From positions 496,001 to 560,000 of the forward strand of contig JAPDFW010000054.1 of assembly GCA_028826165.1 (NCBI GenBank): a stretch of 64,000 nt of DNA, written 5' to 3'. A program made the translations under genes and the position numbers. The DNA comes from Anaeramoeba ignava BMAN. Taxonomy: Eukaryota > Protista > Anaeramoebae. Below are positions 31,999 through 44,572 of the stretch, piece by piece (the stretch's first letter is position 1; each line of letters starts with the position of its first letter). The notes under the pieces were generated by a model, which saw only the letters and a program-made list of their open reading frames with translations, searched no databases and was not told the origin of the DNA.

Positions 31999-34918
31999 TT
32001 ATTTAAGTTCTTGAGCAATTTGATTCCAAACTTTTTGAAAACTCCAACAATTTCCAGAAACTCTTTTAAATTTAACAACAGTAAATTTTTTCAAATTTGG
32101 AATTCTTCCAGTTTCAATTTCAAATTCAATAGAATCAACTTTACATTTAAGAACAAAAGCAGAAATAACGGAAAATGCGATTTTTTTTTTTTTCAATATT
32201 TTTTGACATTTTTTGATAATTTTTTGAGGTGTTTTTGTTGAAAGTGAAGAAACTTGAAAAGGTCCAGAAATTTCTCTTGTTTCTTCAATAAAAGAATCAG
32301 TTTCTTCTTTTTTCAAGCTTTTAAGTTCTGTAATAGTTGGAATTGTTGTTGATCTTGGTTTTCTAATATCTTCACTTTCCAAAAAGGGAATGTGAATTGT
32401 TGTTGATCTTTCTCGAATTTTATTAAGTTTGAAATCTGTATTAATTGTTGAGAAATCTTGATTTTTTGGAGCTTTTCTTTTTTCTCTTCTTTTGATCCCT
32501 TCAATTTCCATTTTGTTTTGTTTATTTTTCGGTTTTTCATTTAGTTCTTGATGAGAATGAAGTTTTTCAATTTCAATTTGATTTTCTTTTTTTGGGAAAA
32601 TGCTTGGAAATAAAGAATTTGATTGGATCGTATTTTTCACATTGTTATTTGAATTGTTGAAATTATTTTTCAGTTTCTTTTCTTTGCTTTCGTTTAATCC
32701 TTTATCAAAAATTCTTGAATTTTTTGGTTCTGCTTCTTTTAGATTTAATAAATTATGATCTTCTTGAATTTTTGATTCATCAGAAATTTTTGGATCATTT
32801 TGGTTTTCTATTCCCATTTCTAATTCAAGAACAATACGATTTATTTTTTCAAATGAAAGGATAATGGGTTTTGGAGATTCTTCTGATTCTTTGATTTTGT
32901 TTGAATTGTTTGAATTGTTTGAATTATTTGAATTATTTAAATTATTTGAATTCTTTGAATTATTTAAATTTGTTTGAATTTGCTGGTCCTCATTCATTTT
33001 ATTTGGCAAATATTTCATTTTAAATTCGTTTTTTTTTCTTTTTGTTTTCTCTTCTTCTGACATATTTATTAATAATTGGGAATTTTCATCCTGATTTTTA
33101 TTTGGAGATTTATTAAACTGGAATTGGTTTTGAATTGGAGAAGAAATTTTATGCACTTCTTTGTTAATGGCAAAATTCTTAAAATTTTTTGATGTATTTT
33201 TGGAAGGATCTTTTTTGGTAATAATTTCTTGCGGAATTTGAGCCAAACTATTTTCAAATTTCAAAGATTTATCATTATCAACAAGATTAATTTTTTGCGA
33301 ATTTAATTGCATTTTTTTAAATTGAATCAGTAAATAAGAAGCAGTAAAAGAATCAAAAACAGCAGAATCCAAAGAATGAATAACTTTGTCTGAGGGAACA
33401 TTAAGCATTTGAAGTTCTCTAATGATATCAGTATCGATATTTTGTATCAAATCGGTTGAAATAGGTCTTCTAATAGGCGGTCCATTATATCCCAAATTGA
33501 ACCATTGATGAGCTCTTATTTGATCAATTGTGATTCTTTTTTGAGTATCGAATTCAATCATTTTAACAAGTAAATCCTTTGCTAATAAAGATACATGTTG
33601 TGGAATAGTGAATTTTCCATTCAATATTTTTTCGCATACTTCCTTGTGATTTGTTCCTGGAAAAGGCAGCTTTCCACATAGAAGTGTGTACAATACTACT
33701 CCTGCTGACCAGATGTCGCTTTTTCTTCCATCATATTTTTTTTGTGAGATTACTTCTGGTGCTGAGTATAATGGTGATCCACAAAATGTTTGAAGGAGAT
33801 CGTTTGGATGAAAAAAATTTGATAATCCAAAATCGATTATTTTGATATTATTTTGGTCGTCTATTAAGATATTTTCTGGTTTGATATCTCTATGAACAAC
33901 ATTTAATCTATGACAATAATCGATTCCTTTCAATTAATAAATAATATTTAATATTTAATATTTTAATATTTAATATTTATTTAATATTTATTATTTAATA
34001 TTTAATATTTAATATTTAATATTTATTATTTAATATTTAATATTTAATTATTATTTAATATTTATTTAATATTTAATATTTAATATTTAATATTTAATAT
34101 TTAATATTTAATATTTAATATTTAATATTTAATATTTATTTAATATTTAATATTATTTAATATTTAATATTTATTTAATATTATTAATTAATATTCTATT
34201 TCTAAATCTAAAATAGATCAATTTTAGATCAATTTAAATCGAAAAATAAATTATTTTTGAATAAGAAAAAATAATAAAATTTTTTTTTTGGAAATTCCAA
34301 AAAAAAAAAGGAAAAAAAAAAAAAAGAAAGAAAAAAAAGAATAAAGTAAACTAAAAATACCATCAATAATTTGGCGAAAAAAACGACGAGATAAATCTTC
34401 ATCTAATTTAGTATGAGCAACAATATAGTCAAAAAGCTCACCTCCAGATGCATATTCAAGTACAAGATAAACAAAGTGATCATTTTCTAATATTTCAAAT
34501 AGTGAAATTATATTTGGATGCCGAATTTTCTGAAGAATTTGTAATTCCATTTGAAGTCTTTTTTGTGAATTTTTCTTAGTTGACATTAAAGCTTTACTGA
34601 TAATTTTAATTGCCACCTATAATGTTAAATTTTAAATGTTAAATGTTTTTATTTTGTGTTTTTTTTTGGATTTTTGTTAGTTTTCTTTTTTTGTGAAGGT
34701 TTTTTTTGAATGTTTTTTTTTTAATGTTATTTTTTGTGTTATTTTTATTATTTGTTTTATTTTATGCTTTTTGCTTTGTTAATGTTTTGTGTCAAATGTT
34801 TTTTTAATTTAGAAAAAGATCTAAATTTAACTTGTATGTTTGTAAGTTTGTGAATTGCGAGTTTAACTTTTCCGAAACTTCCTTTTCCAATAGTTTTAAT
34901 AAATTGATAATTCTCCAT
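31999..34918 (-). CDS. CAMKL-family Ser/Thr kinase (MARK/AMPK-like) with UBA and C-terminal KA1 domain
   Basis: IGKGSFGKVKL, VAIKII, HRDIKPEN, DFGLSN, TFCGSPLYSAPE and KA1 end VKFKRVSGNCWSFQKVWNQI. Introns 34617-34831 and 33927-34360. Confidence 0.93.
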
Positions 34919-36450
34919 TTTATGCAACTTATTTGTTAATCAATAAATAAAAATTCAAAAAAAAAATGAAGAGGAGTTTTTGTTTTTTTTCTTTTTCTTT
35001 TTCTTTTTTCTTTTTTCTTTTTTTTATTGTGATCGTATAAAGCTTGGGATCTTTTTATATTAAGTTGTTATTTTTTTTTCTCCTTTTTTTTCTCCTTTTG
35101 ATTTGGAGTTATTTTTAAAGAATTTGATTAATATTTGAGTTTTTTTTTCTGTTTAAAGTTGTAATGCTTTGTTGTTTTTTTGATTGGAAATTATTCACAA
35201 TTTAATTTAAATTTTTATTTTGGAAGATTTGATTTAATACTTCAATTTTTTTATTTTGGAAATTTTGGAAATAATTTCATATTTTAATTTTGGTTCTTTT
35301 TTTGTATTTATTTTGGAAATAATTTCATATTTTAATTTTGCTTTTAATTAAAATCCATTTTTTATTCTTTTTTCTCCTTTTCTTTTTTATTCTCCTTTTT
35401 TTTTTTATTCTCCTTTTTTTCCTTTAATATTTAAATTTCAATTATTTTCGTGCGTCATGAAAATAAATAGAAGGTTTTTAAATAATTTTCTTTCTTTCTT
35501 TCTTTCTTTCTTTCTTTTTAGTAAATAAAAAAGATCTTAATTAAAAAGATTTTGCTTTCAAAAAATAATCAATGATTAAATTAATATTTAGTTAATAAAA
35601 AAATGGGGTTAATTAATTAATAAATTAATTAAATTTGTAAATTATTAAGAGATCTTTGTTTTAATTCTTTATTTTGTTTCATTTATTTTTAATTAAATAA
35701 TTTTAATTGCAAAAATAAATCTAAATTTAAATCTAAACAAATTTAAAAAATGAAAAAAAAAAAAAAATAAAAAAAAAAAAATTTAAAAAATTAAATTGAA
35801 AATTAAATTGAAATTAAATTAGAAGTTAAATTGTAAGTTAAATTGAAATTAAATTGAAAATTAAATTGAAAAGTTAAATTGAAAATTAAATTGAAAATTA
35901 AATTGAAAAATTAAATTGAAAATTAAATTGAAAATTAAATTGAAAAAATATGTGGAAAAAAAATTAAACTTACAAATTTAAATTATAATCTTATTAAAGT
36001 TAAAAAAAAAAAACAAACAACTTCTTCGAAATTTATTATTGAAAAATTTGGAAATAAAAAAGTGAAAAAAAAAATGAAATTAATTTTTTTTAGATCAATA
36101 AAAAATAAAAAATAATAAATAAAAAATGGAAAGAAAGTAAAAAAGAAAATCCAATCATGCTTTGTTGTGTTTCTTTTTAAATTGCTTTTATTGGTTTATC
36201 TAAATTTTTCAAATTAAAAAAAAAGCAAAAAAAAAACAAAAAAAAATAAGAAAATGATCAATTAGATTTTATTTAATTTTTCTTTTTTTTAAGTTATTTA
36301 ATTTTCCACTTTTTTTTTTTAGTTTAAATTTAAAAGATAAATTAAAAAAGGAAATTCAATTTTTGACATGATTATTAATTAAAACAAAAATTTTTTCATT
36401 TTTTTCATTTTTTTCATTTTTCATTTTTAATTTTTTTTAATTTTTTTTAA

Positions 36451-37896
36451 ATGAAAAAAAATTATTCAAATTTAGAAAAACTTTCTAGTGATTTAAAAAA
36501 TTTATTCCAAAACCAAAAACAAGAAGAAAACCATTTCGATTTTGAAATAATTTGCCAACAAAATCAAAAAGCAAAACAATTCCAATTTAAAACTCACAAA
36601 TCAATTCTTTCCACAAGAAGCCAATATTTTAAATCTCTTTTCAATTCAAAAATGAAGGAATATCAAGAAAATAAATTGATTCTAAAGGATTTTTCAAATT
36701 CAATTCTATCTTCAATTTTGAACTATCTTTATTCAGGAAAAATTGAAATTAATTCGGAAAATGCAGTTGAAATTTTAATGTTTTCTTCAAAATATTTAAT
36801 CGACGAATTAATCGAAGTTTCCTCAAATTTTATCAAACAGAATTTGCAAATTGAGACGATTATTGATATTCTGAAATTATCTGAATTGATGGATTTAAAT
36901 GAATTATCGGAATCTTCATACCAATTTATCTCGGAAAAATTTGATAAATTTATCAAAACCCCTTTTTTTCTTGAGCTCGAAGAAAACCATTTAAATACAA
37001 TTTTATTAAATGATGAGCTTTTAGTCAATGAATTCGAAATTTTCCAATCACTAATAAAATGGGGAAAACGCAAACTCAATATCAGCCAAGAAATCAAAAA
37101 TGAAAATATTGATAAAGAAGAAAAAGAAAAACTGCAGGATCAATTTTCAAATCTTATCCAAAAAATCAGATTTATTGATTTCTCGCAACAGGAAATGAGA
37201 GATACCCTGAAAGAGGATTTAATCCCAAACCCAATTTCGCAAAAAATAAACCAATTCCTAATAATCCAAAACGAAAACAACGAAACAAAATTGAAAGAAT
37301 TCATCCAAAAAGAAAATATGCTCATTTTCAAACCAAGATTCAGATTTGGCTCGTCGATAATTCAAGAAAGAAAGCATTTCGATAAACTAAAAGAATGGGT
37401 GAGTGATGACAATTTCTTTTCCAGAATGAAACTGGGATTTTCAGCAAGAAAAAACGGTTTTGATTGCAAAAAATGGCATCTAGCAGTTGATAATAAAGGA
37501 AAAACACTGGTTATTATCAAAACAAGAGATAATTTTATTTTTGGAGGATTCACTCAAGTCGGATGGAGTAGCGGAGAAAGAAGGTGGATCAGAGATCCAA
37601 AGGCCTTTATATTTTCATTGAGAAATGACAAGAATAACAGAAAACCTGCCAAACTGCCAATCAAGCGTGCCCAAGAAAATAACGCTATTTGCTATAGATA
37701 TTTCGATGGCGGTCCTTTTTTTGGAACGGGCTATGATTTATGGCTGTATTCAGATTTACAACCTGGCTTTTCAAATTTGGGCCAGACTTACAAACTCCCA
37801 AAGGGAATTAAATTTGGATCAAATGAAGCTAAAAGTTATTTGGCCGGTTCTTATAATAAATGGAAAGTTGCCGAACTTGAAACTTTTTTTATTTAA
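36451..37896 (+). CDS. BTB-BACK-TLDc domain protein
   Basis: BTB (FKTHKSILSTRSQYFKSLF..YLYSGKI), BACK (NEFEIFQSLIKWG) and TLDc (KGKTLVIIKT..FIFGGFT..AFIFSL..GPFFG..VAELETF). Intronless. Confidence 0.92.
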   Translation: MKKNYSNLEKLSSDLKNLFQNQKQEENHFDFEIICQQNQKAKQFQFKTHKSILSTRSQYFKSLFNSKMKEYQENKLILKDFSNSILSSILNYLYSGKIEINSENAVEILMFSSKYLIDELIEVSSNFIKQNLQIETIIDILKLSELMDLNELSESSYQFISEKFDKFIKTPFFLELEENHLNTILLNDELLVNEFEIFQSLIKWGKRKLNISQEIKNENIDKEEKEKLQDQFSNLIQKIRFIDFSQQEMRDTLKEDLIPNPISQKINQFLIIQNENNETKLKEFIQKENMLIFKPRFRFGSSIIQERKHFDKLKEWVSDDNFFSRMKLGFSARKNGFDCKKWHLAVDNKGKTLVIIKTRDNFIFGGFTQVGWSSGERRWIRDPKAFIFSLRNDKNNRKPAKLPIKRAQENNAICYRYFDGGPFFGTGYDLWLYSDLQPGFSNLGQTYKLPKGIKFGSNEAKSYLAGSYNKWKVAELETFFI

Positions 37897-38050
37897 TATT
37901 CAATAAATAAAGAATTTAAAATAAAAAAATTTTCCTTTTTTTTTTCATTTTTTTTTTGATTATTGAAAAAAAAGTGGAATTGAAAAAAGAATTGAAAAAA
38001 AGAATTGAAAAAAAGAATTGAAAAAAGGAATTGAAAAAAGAATTTTGATT

Positions 38051-38375
38051 TTAATTTTGATTTTTAATTTTGTTAATTAATAAATCAAATAAATTTGGAT
38101 TTGTTTGATTTAATTGAAAATAATCAATTCCAATTTCAATTTCATCAATAATTTCTTGTGTAATTTGAATATCATCTTTAATTTGATTTGAATAAATCCA
38201 ATATTCAAATATTTGAAATGATTTATTACTTAATTCACTATAATCTGTAACTTTATTAGAAGTATCTTCTGTTACAGATAAAAACATTCCTCGATATAAT
38301 TCACTTCTCATTATTAATATTAATTTTGGAAATTTATATTTTTTTTCTTTTCTTTCAATTATAAAATATTTTTCA
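38051..38375 (-). pseudogene. 5'-truncated fragment of an RCC1-BTB paralogue (final BTB only)
   Basis: Near-identical to the last ~105 codons of the genes at 44573-46330 and 60153-63902 (LILIMRSELYRGMFLSVTEDTSNKV...). Homology stops abruptly at a minisatellite. Confidence 0.8.
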
Positions 38376-38945
38376 TTAATTTATTTCAAAAATGGAATAA
38401 AGAATATTAAATAATTAAAATTAAAATTAATTATATTTTATATATTTTATTAATATTTCTTTATTTAAAATAATATAAAATTATTCTCAATAATTTAATA
38501 AAATTGTTAAAATATTTTAATTAATTTATTTCAAAAATGGAATAAAGAATATTAAATAATTAAATTTAAAATTAATTTTATTTTATATATTTTATTAATA
38601 TTTCTTTATTTAAAATAATATAAAATTATTCTCAATAATTTAATAAAATTGATAAAATATTTTAATTAATTTATTTCAAAAATGAAATAAAAGAATATTA
38701 AATAATTAAATTTAAAATTAATTATATTTTATATATTTTATTAACATTTCTTTTATTTAAAATAATATAAAATTATTCCCAATAATTTAATAAAATTAAT
38801 AAAAATATTTTCATTAATTTATTTCAAAAATGGAATAAAGAATATTAAATAATTAAATTTAAAATTAATTTTATTTTATATATTTTTTATTAATATTTTT
38901 TATTTAAAATAATATAAAATTATTCCCAATAATTTAATAAAATTG
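38376..38945. repeat. Tandem repeat, ~146-bp unit, 4 copies
   Basis: TTAATTTATTTCAAAAATGGAATAAA recurs at about 38376, 38521, 38666 and 38815. Confidence 0.9.
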
Positions 38946-38959
38946 AGAAGAAAATTGTA

Positions 38960-39460
38960 ATATTTTAATAAAAATAAATATTTAATTTTAATATTAATTA
39001 ATAATAATTTAATTTAAATTTATTTTATTTTATTTTAATTTGATATAATATTTTTATTTATTATATTAATATTTTTAATTATTTATTATTCCAATTTTAA
39101 TTATAATAAAATATATTAAAAAAAGTGGAATAAATATTTTAATAAAAATAAATATTTAATTTTAATAATATTTAATAATAATTTAATTTAAATTTATTTT
39201 ATTTTAATTTGATATAATATTTTTATTTATTAAATTAATATTTTTAATTATTTATTATTCCAATTTTAATTATAATAAAATATATTAAAAAGTGGAATAA
39301 ATATTTTAATAAAAATATATATTCAATTTTAATAATATTTAATAATAATTTAATTTAAATTTATTTTATTTTAATTTAATACAATATTTTTATTTATTAT
39401 ATTAATATTTTTAATTATTTATTATTCCAATTTTAATTATAATAAAATATATTAAAAATA
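38960..39460. repeat. Tandem repeat, ~170-bp unit, 3 copies
   Basis: ATTCCAATTTTAATTATAATAAAATATATTAAAA recurs at about 39090, 39258 and 39424. Confidence 0.88.
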
Positions 39461-39924
39461 AAATTAAAAATTAAAAATTTTAAATAAATTGAATTTAACA
39501 TGATTGAATAAGATAAACTTTCTAAAAAAATAATTTACTAATTATTCTATTTTTGATTTTGATTATAATTTATTAATATTTAAATATTAATTAATAATAA
39601 ATTTTATTTGATTTTTATTTTAATATTTTAATTAATGAATTTAAATTTAATTATTATTAATTTCTATTTTCAATTTTTATTTTTATTTATTATATTAAAA
39701 ATATTCAATTTTTTAAAATTTATTATTTTTTTTTTTGGATTATTTTTATTAATTAAATTTTTAATAAATATTTTAAATTAAAATTAAATTATTTAAAATT
39801 AAATTTGTTTCTTATTTATTATTTTAAAGAAATTAATTTGATTAAAAGTAAATTAAAATTGAATTAAATTTTGAAAAAAAAAATTAAAAAAAAAAAGTTT
39901 GATTTTCTTATTATTAATTAATTT

Positions 39925-41623
39925 TTAAATGAAATAAGATTCAAGTTCATCAACAACCCATGATTGATAAGAACCAGCTAAATAACTTTTAGCTTCATCT
40001 GTATTATAAGTAATTCCATTAGGTGTATTGAAATAATCACCAAAATTTAATCTTCCAGCTTGTAAATTAGAATTTAAATTAATATCTTCATAATTTCCAA
40101 AACTTGGACCATAACTTACATTATCATAAACTGCACGACCTTCATGACCTTTTTGAATTGTAAACTTTGCAGGAATTCTATCTCCTTTATCATTTCTTAA
40201 TGAAAAAATAAATGCACTTGAATCTGAAACATCACCTGAATGATTAGAACGCCACCCAACTTGAGTAAATCCTCCAAAAATAAAATTATCTTTTGTTTTG
40301 ATAATAACTAATGTTTTTCCTTTATTATCACAAATTGAATGCCATTTTTGAGAATTAAATCCATCTCTTTTTGCTGAAAATCCTTTTTTCATTTTAGAAA
40401 AAAAATCATTATCATTTATCCATTCTTGTAATTTCTTAGCATATTCTTCTTCTGTAATAATTCTTGTTTCTGAAAATTGAGGAAAATTCTTTTTGATTGG
40501 TTCCATTTTCTTTTCAAATTCCAAATATTTTTGATATTTTTCTTGATATTTATCAAAAATAGGTTTCATATCTTCAACCTCTTTCTTCCATTTATCTTCA
40601 ATTTCAATTTTCATTTGTTGATTTTCTTTCTCTTTATTCTCAACTTCTTTCTTCCATTTCTCTTCAATTTCTTTGTTTTTATCTTCAACTTCTTTCTTCC
40701 ATTTCTTTTCAATTTCTTTCTCTTTGTTTTCAATTTCTTTTTGATTATATTGAATAACTTTGTTTTGAATATCAACTAAAAAAGATTTAGGAAAAAAATC
40801 AAATTGTTTTAATTTATCAAAATCTTGTTTTGAAATTGAATCTTTATCAAATAATGAAAAAAAAGAATGAAATAATCTTTTCTTTTCAATTCCTTTTTCT
40901 TTTTCTTTTTCTTTTTCTTTTTCTTTTTCTTTCTCTTTCTTTCCTTTTAATTTTTCATTTCTTTTTTCAATCCAATTATTTAAAAATTGAAAAAAATCAA
41001 ATTGAAAAATTTCTTTTTTTTCTTGTTTAAATTGAATAAATTTGATAATTTCTTCTTTAGTTAAATTGAATAAATTTTCATTATTCTGAATTTGGGAAAA
41101 ATTTTGATTTATTAATTCAAAACATTTTATTTCAATTTCATTTGAATTTAAATTTCGATTTTGGAATAAAAATTGGAAAAAATTTGAATAATTAATTGAA
41201 TTTGAAATTTTTTTTTGAATAATTTCTTTCAATAAATTTAATTTAAAATAAATTGAAATTTCCAATAATTGAAGAAGATTTTCTTGATTCTCAAAAGAAA
41301 TATTTCCATAATAAATATAACTCAAAATTGATTCCATTTCTTTTTATTAAATTGATTTAAAAGAAATAGAAAAGAGATTCTTGCCTTAATGATTCATTAA
41401 AAAAAGGAGATCTTGAAGATAAAATTGATTTATGAACTTTAATTTCAAAAGGATTTGATTTATTCTCAACAAAAATTGAAAAATCTTTAAATGAATTTCC
41501 ATTTAAAAGGTTTGAATAATCTTTAATTAAATTTTTTGTTACTTTTTTTTCTAAATTTTTCATTTCATTTTCATTTTGATTTTGATTTGCATTTTGAATT
41601 TGGTTATTATTGTCATTATCCAT
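39925..41623 (-). CDS. BTB-coiled-coil-TLDc domain protein (frameshift near 41345-41365)
   Basis: BTB start (EIKVHKSILSSRSPFF) in ORF 41357-41623 continues as MESILSYIYYG, then internal KEIE(K/E)KWKKEVE repeats, then TLDc (KGKTLVIIKTKDNFIFGGFT..VDELESYFI). Confidence 0.85.
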
Positions 41624-42029
41624 TTTGTTTTATGTTTTTGTGTTTTTTTTTGTTTTGTGTTTTTTGTTTTTTTAAAAAAAAAGGAAAAAAATGAAAAAAA
41701 AAAATTTAAATAAAAAAATGAATAAAAAAAGTGGATTTTGAAAATAAATAAAAATATAAAAAATAAGAATAAATTTAAATTAATAATTAATTTAATTTTC
41801 TTTTTAATTTATTATTTTAAATTAATTTATTAATAAATTATTATTATTTTTATTAATTTTTATTATTAAAAAGGAAAATTATTTTAATTTAATTTTTAAT
41901 TTAATTTTTTTTTGGAATTTAAAAATTATTAATAAATTTAAATTTAAAAACAAATTTCCAAATTAATATTAATTCAATTTTAATTCAAAAAAAAGATAAA
42001 ATTTTAATTTCAAAAATCAATTTTCAAAA

Positions 42030-42720
42030 TATTTTTAAATAATAAAATATTTAAATATAAAACAATAAATTATTATTTTAATAATAAAATTAAATATTAA
42101 ATTATATTTTTAAATTAATTTATAAATTGAATATTAAATTAAACTTATTTTCATTTTTATATTTATATGTTAAATATTTAAATAATAAAATATTTAAATC
42201 TAAAACAATAAATTATTATTTTTAAACATAAAATTAAATATTAAATTATATTTTTAAATTAATTTATAAACTAAATATTAAATTAAATCTATTCCCATTT
42301 TTATATTTATATGTTAAATATTTAAATAATAAAATATTTAAATCTAAAACATTAAATTAATATTTTAAACATAAAATTAAATATTAAATTATATTTTTAA
42401 ATTAATTTTATAAATTAAATATTAAATTAAATCTATTCCCATTTTTATATTTATATGTTAAATATTTAAATAATAAAATATTTAAATCTAAAACATTAAA
42501 TTAATATTTTAATAATAAAATTAAATATTAAATTATATTTTTAAATTAATTTATAAATTGAATATTAAATTAAATCTATTCTTATTTTTTATGTTTTTAT
42601 GTTAAATATTTAAATAATAAAATATTTAAATCTAAAACAATAAATTATTATTTTAATAATAAAATTAAATATTAAATTATATTTTTAAATTAATTTATAA
42701 ATTAAATATTAAATTAAACT
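42030..42720. repeat. Tandem repeat, ~144-bp unit, 5 copies
   Basis: TTTAAATAATAAAATATTTAAAT(C/A)TAAAACA recurs at about 42035, 42177, 42321, 42465 and 42609. Confidence 0.9.
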
Positions 42721-42737
42721 TAATTTTAATTTTAATT

Positions 42738-44514
42738 TTAATTTTGATTATTAAATTTATTAATTAATAAATCAAATCAAATAAATTTGGATTTGTTTGA
42801 TTTAATTGAAAATAATCAATTCCTGTTTCTAACTCATCAATAATTTCTTGTGTAATTTGAATTTCTTCTTTAATTTGATTTGAATAAATCCAATATTCAA
42901 ATATTTGAAATGATTTATTACTTAATTCACTATAATCTGTAACTTTATTAGAAGTATCATTTGTTACAGATAAAAACATTCCTCGATATAATTCACTTCT
43001 CATTATTAATATTAATTTTGGAAATTTATATTGTTTTTCTTTTCTTTCAATAATAAAATCTTTTTCATTTTCATTTAAATAAATTCTTTTCATTGTTTCT
43101 TCAATTTTTTCATTTGAATTTATAATTTCTTTAATTTCAGAATATAATTTTGGATTTATAATTCTGTTTGAATAAATCATTTCAAATATTTGATTTGATT
43201 CTTTAATTGATTTATTTGAAATAATTTCTTGAAGTTTTTCAATTTCATTTTGATTTTGATTTAATCTATATTTCAATATTAATTTATGAGCTTCAATTAT
43301 TTCTCCATTTTTGGTTTTAAATGAAATATCGCAAAATTCTTTTCTTCTAAATAATTTTATCAAATCTTCTTCAAGATTGGAAAAAGAAAGAGGAGAATAA
43401 TAAAGAAACGATTTTTGAAATCTCCACAAGAAACATGATAATTAGAAATATCTTCATTAAATCTTAATTTAGGAAGTTCAATTTGAATTGGAACCGATTG
43501 ATTTTCTGTATCTCCAGTTCCTAATTCGCCATAATCATTATAACCAAAACAAATCAATTTCCCTTTGAAAGTGAAAATCAAAGTATGATATCTTCCACAA
43601 GAAAAATCAAGAATATTATCATTTTCAAATAAAGATGATTTGATTTCAGTAAATTCATAAGTATGTTTATTTTTGCCAAGTCCATTTAATCCAGAATTTC
43701 CACATGAATAAAGTTTTCTTTTTGGATTTTCATTTTCATCTTCATTTTCAATCAACATTAGTGAATAAGCTTCTCCAGATTTGATATCAATTATTTTACC
43801 TTTTGGAATATTTTGGATTTTGGTTAATTTTTGGATTCTTGTTTCTTTTTTTCTTGATTCTCCTAATCCAAGTTGACCATATTGATTATATCCGCATCCA
43901 AATAATTCTTGATTTGAATTTAAAAGAAAAACATGATATGAAGAATTTCCTGAAAATATTTTAGAAACATTTTTCATCATTAAAATTGGTTTTTCTGTTT
44001 TTTGAAGTGTTTTAGAATCTAAACCAAGTTGACTATAATCATTTGAACCAATTCCATAAGCATTTTGATTTGAAGTTAATAAATAAATTGAATCCCATCC
44101 AGAAGCAATATCTTGGATTATTCTATCATTTTTATCTTCAATTAATGATGAAATATTGATAAATTCATTTGAATTATTTGAATTAATATCATATCCTTTG
44201 GCAAATACATTTCTTTCATAAGTTAAAATAGCTTCATTTTGTTCACCAACAGATACTTTTTGAATATTTTCTTCAATTCGGATTTTTTCAGGATTTTGTT
44301 TTAGATCGTTTTGATTTGAGTATTCTATTGCTTTTCCATTTTTAAAAAGGAAAATTGTTGAATCAAAACTTGTTGAAATTTGTTTAATTTGTTTTTCATT
44401 TTCATTTTCATTTTCATTTTCAAATTTAAATTGAATAGGTTTTATTATTCTTTTTGGTTTATTTTTGAAAAGTTTTGGATATTCATTTTGACCAAAAAAT
44501 AAAATTTCATTCAT
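42738..44514 (-). CDS. RCC1-repeat propeller + tandem BTB protein (frameshifted copy, possible pseudogene)
   Basis: RCC1 repeats (GSNDYSQLG, GYNQYGQLG, SCGRYHTL, GELGTG) followed by BTB (EFCDISF..EAHKLIL; RSELYRGMF). It carries a 2-nt GA duplication near 43422 and a 5-nt duplication near 42775. Confidence 0.85.
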
Positions 44515-44572
44515 TTTTGAAAAGAAAAAAAATGAAAAAACGTTTTTTGGAATTTTAATTTTAATTTTAATT

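Noticed and set aside
35448-35460. TGCGTCAT (CRE/AP-1-like) site upstream of the kinase gene
   Set aside because: A single short match with no second instance or other support.
38376-42720. Long-unit repeats as a CRISPR-like array
   Set aside because: Whole units repeat with no unique spacers, there are no cas genes, and the context is eukaryotic.
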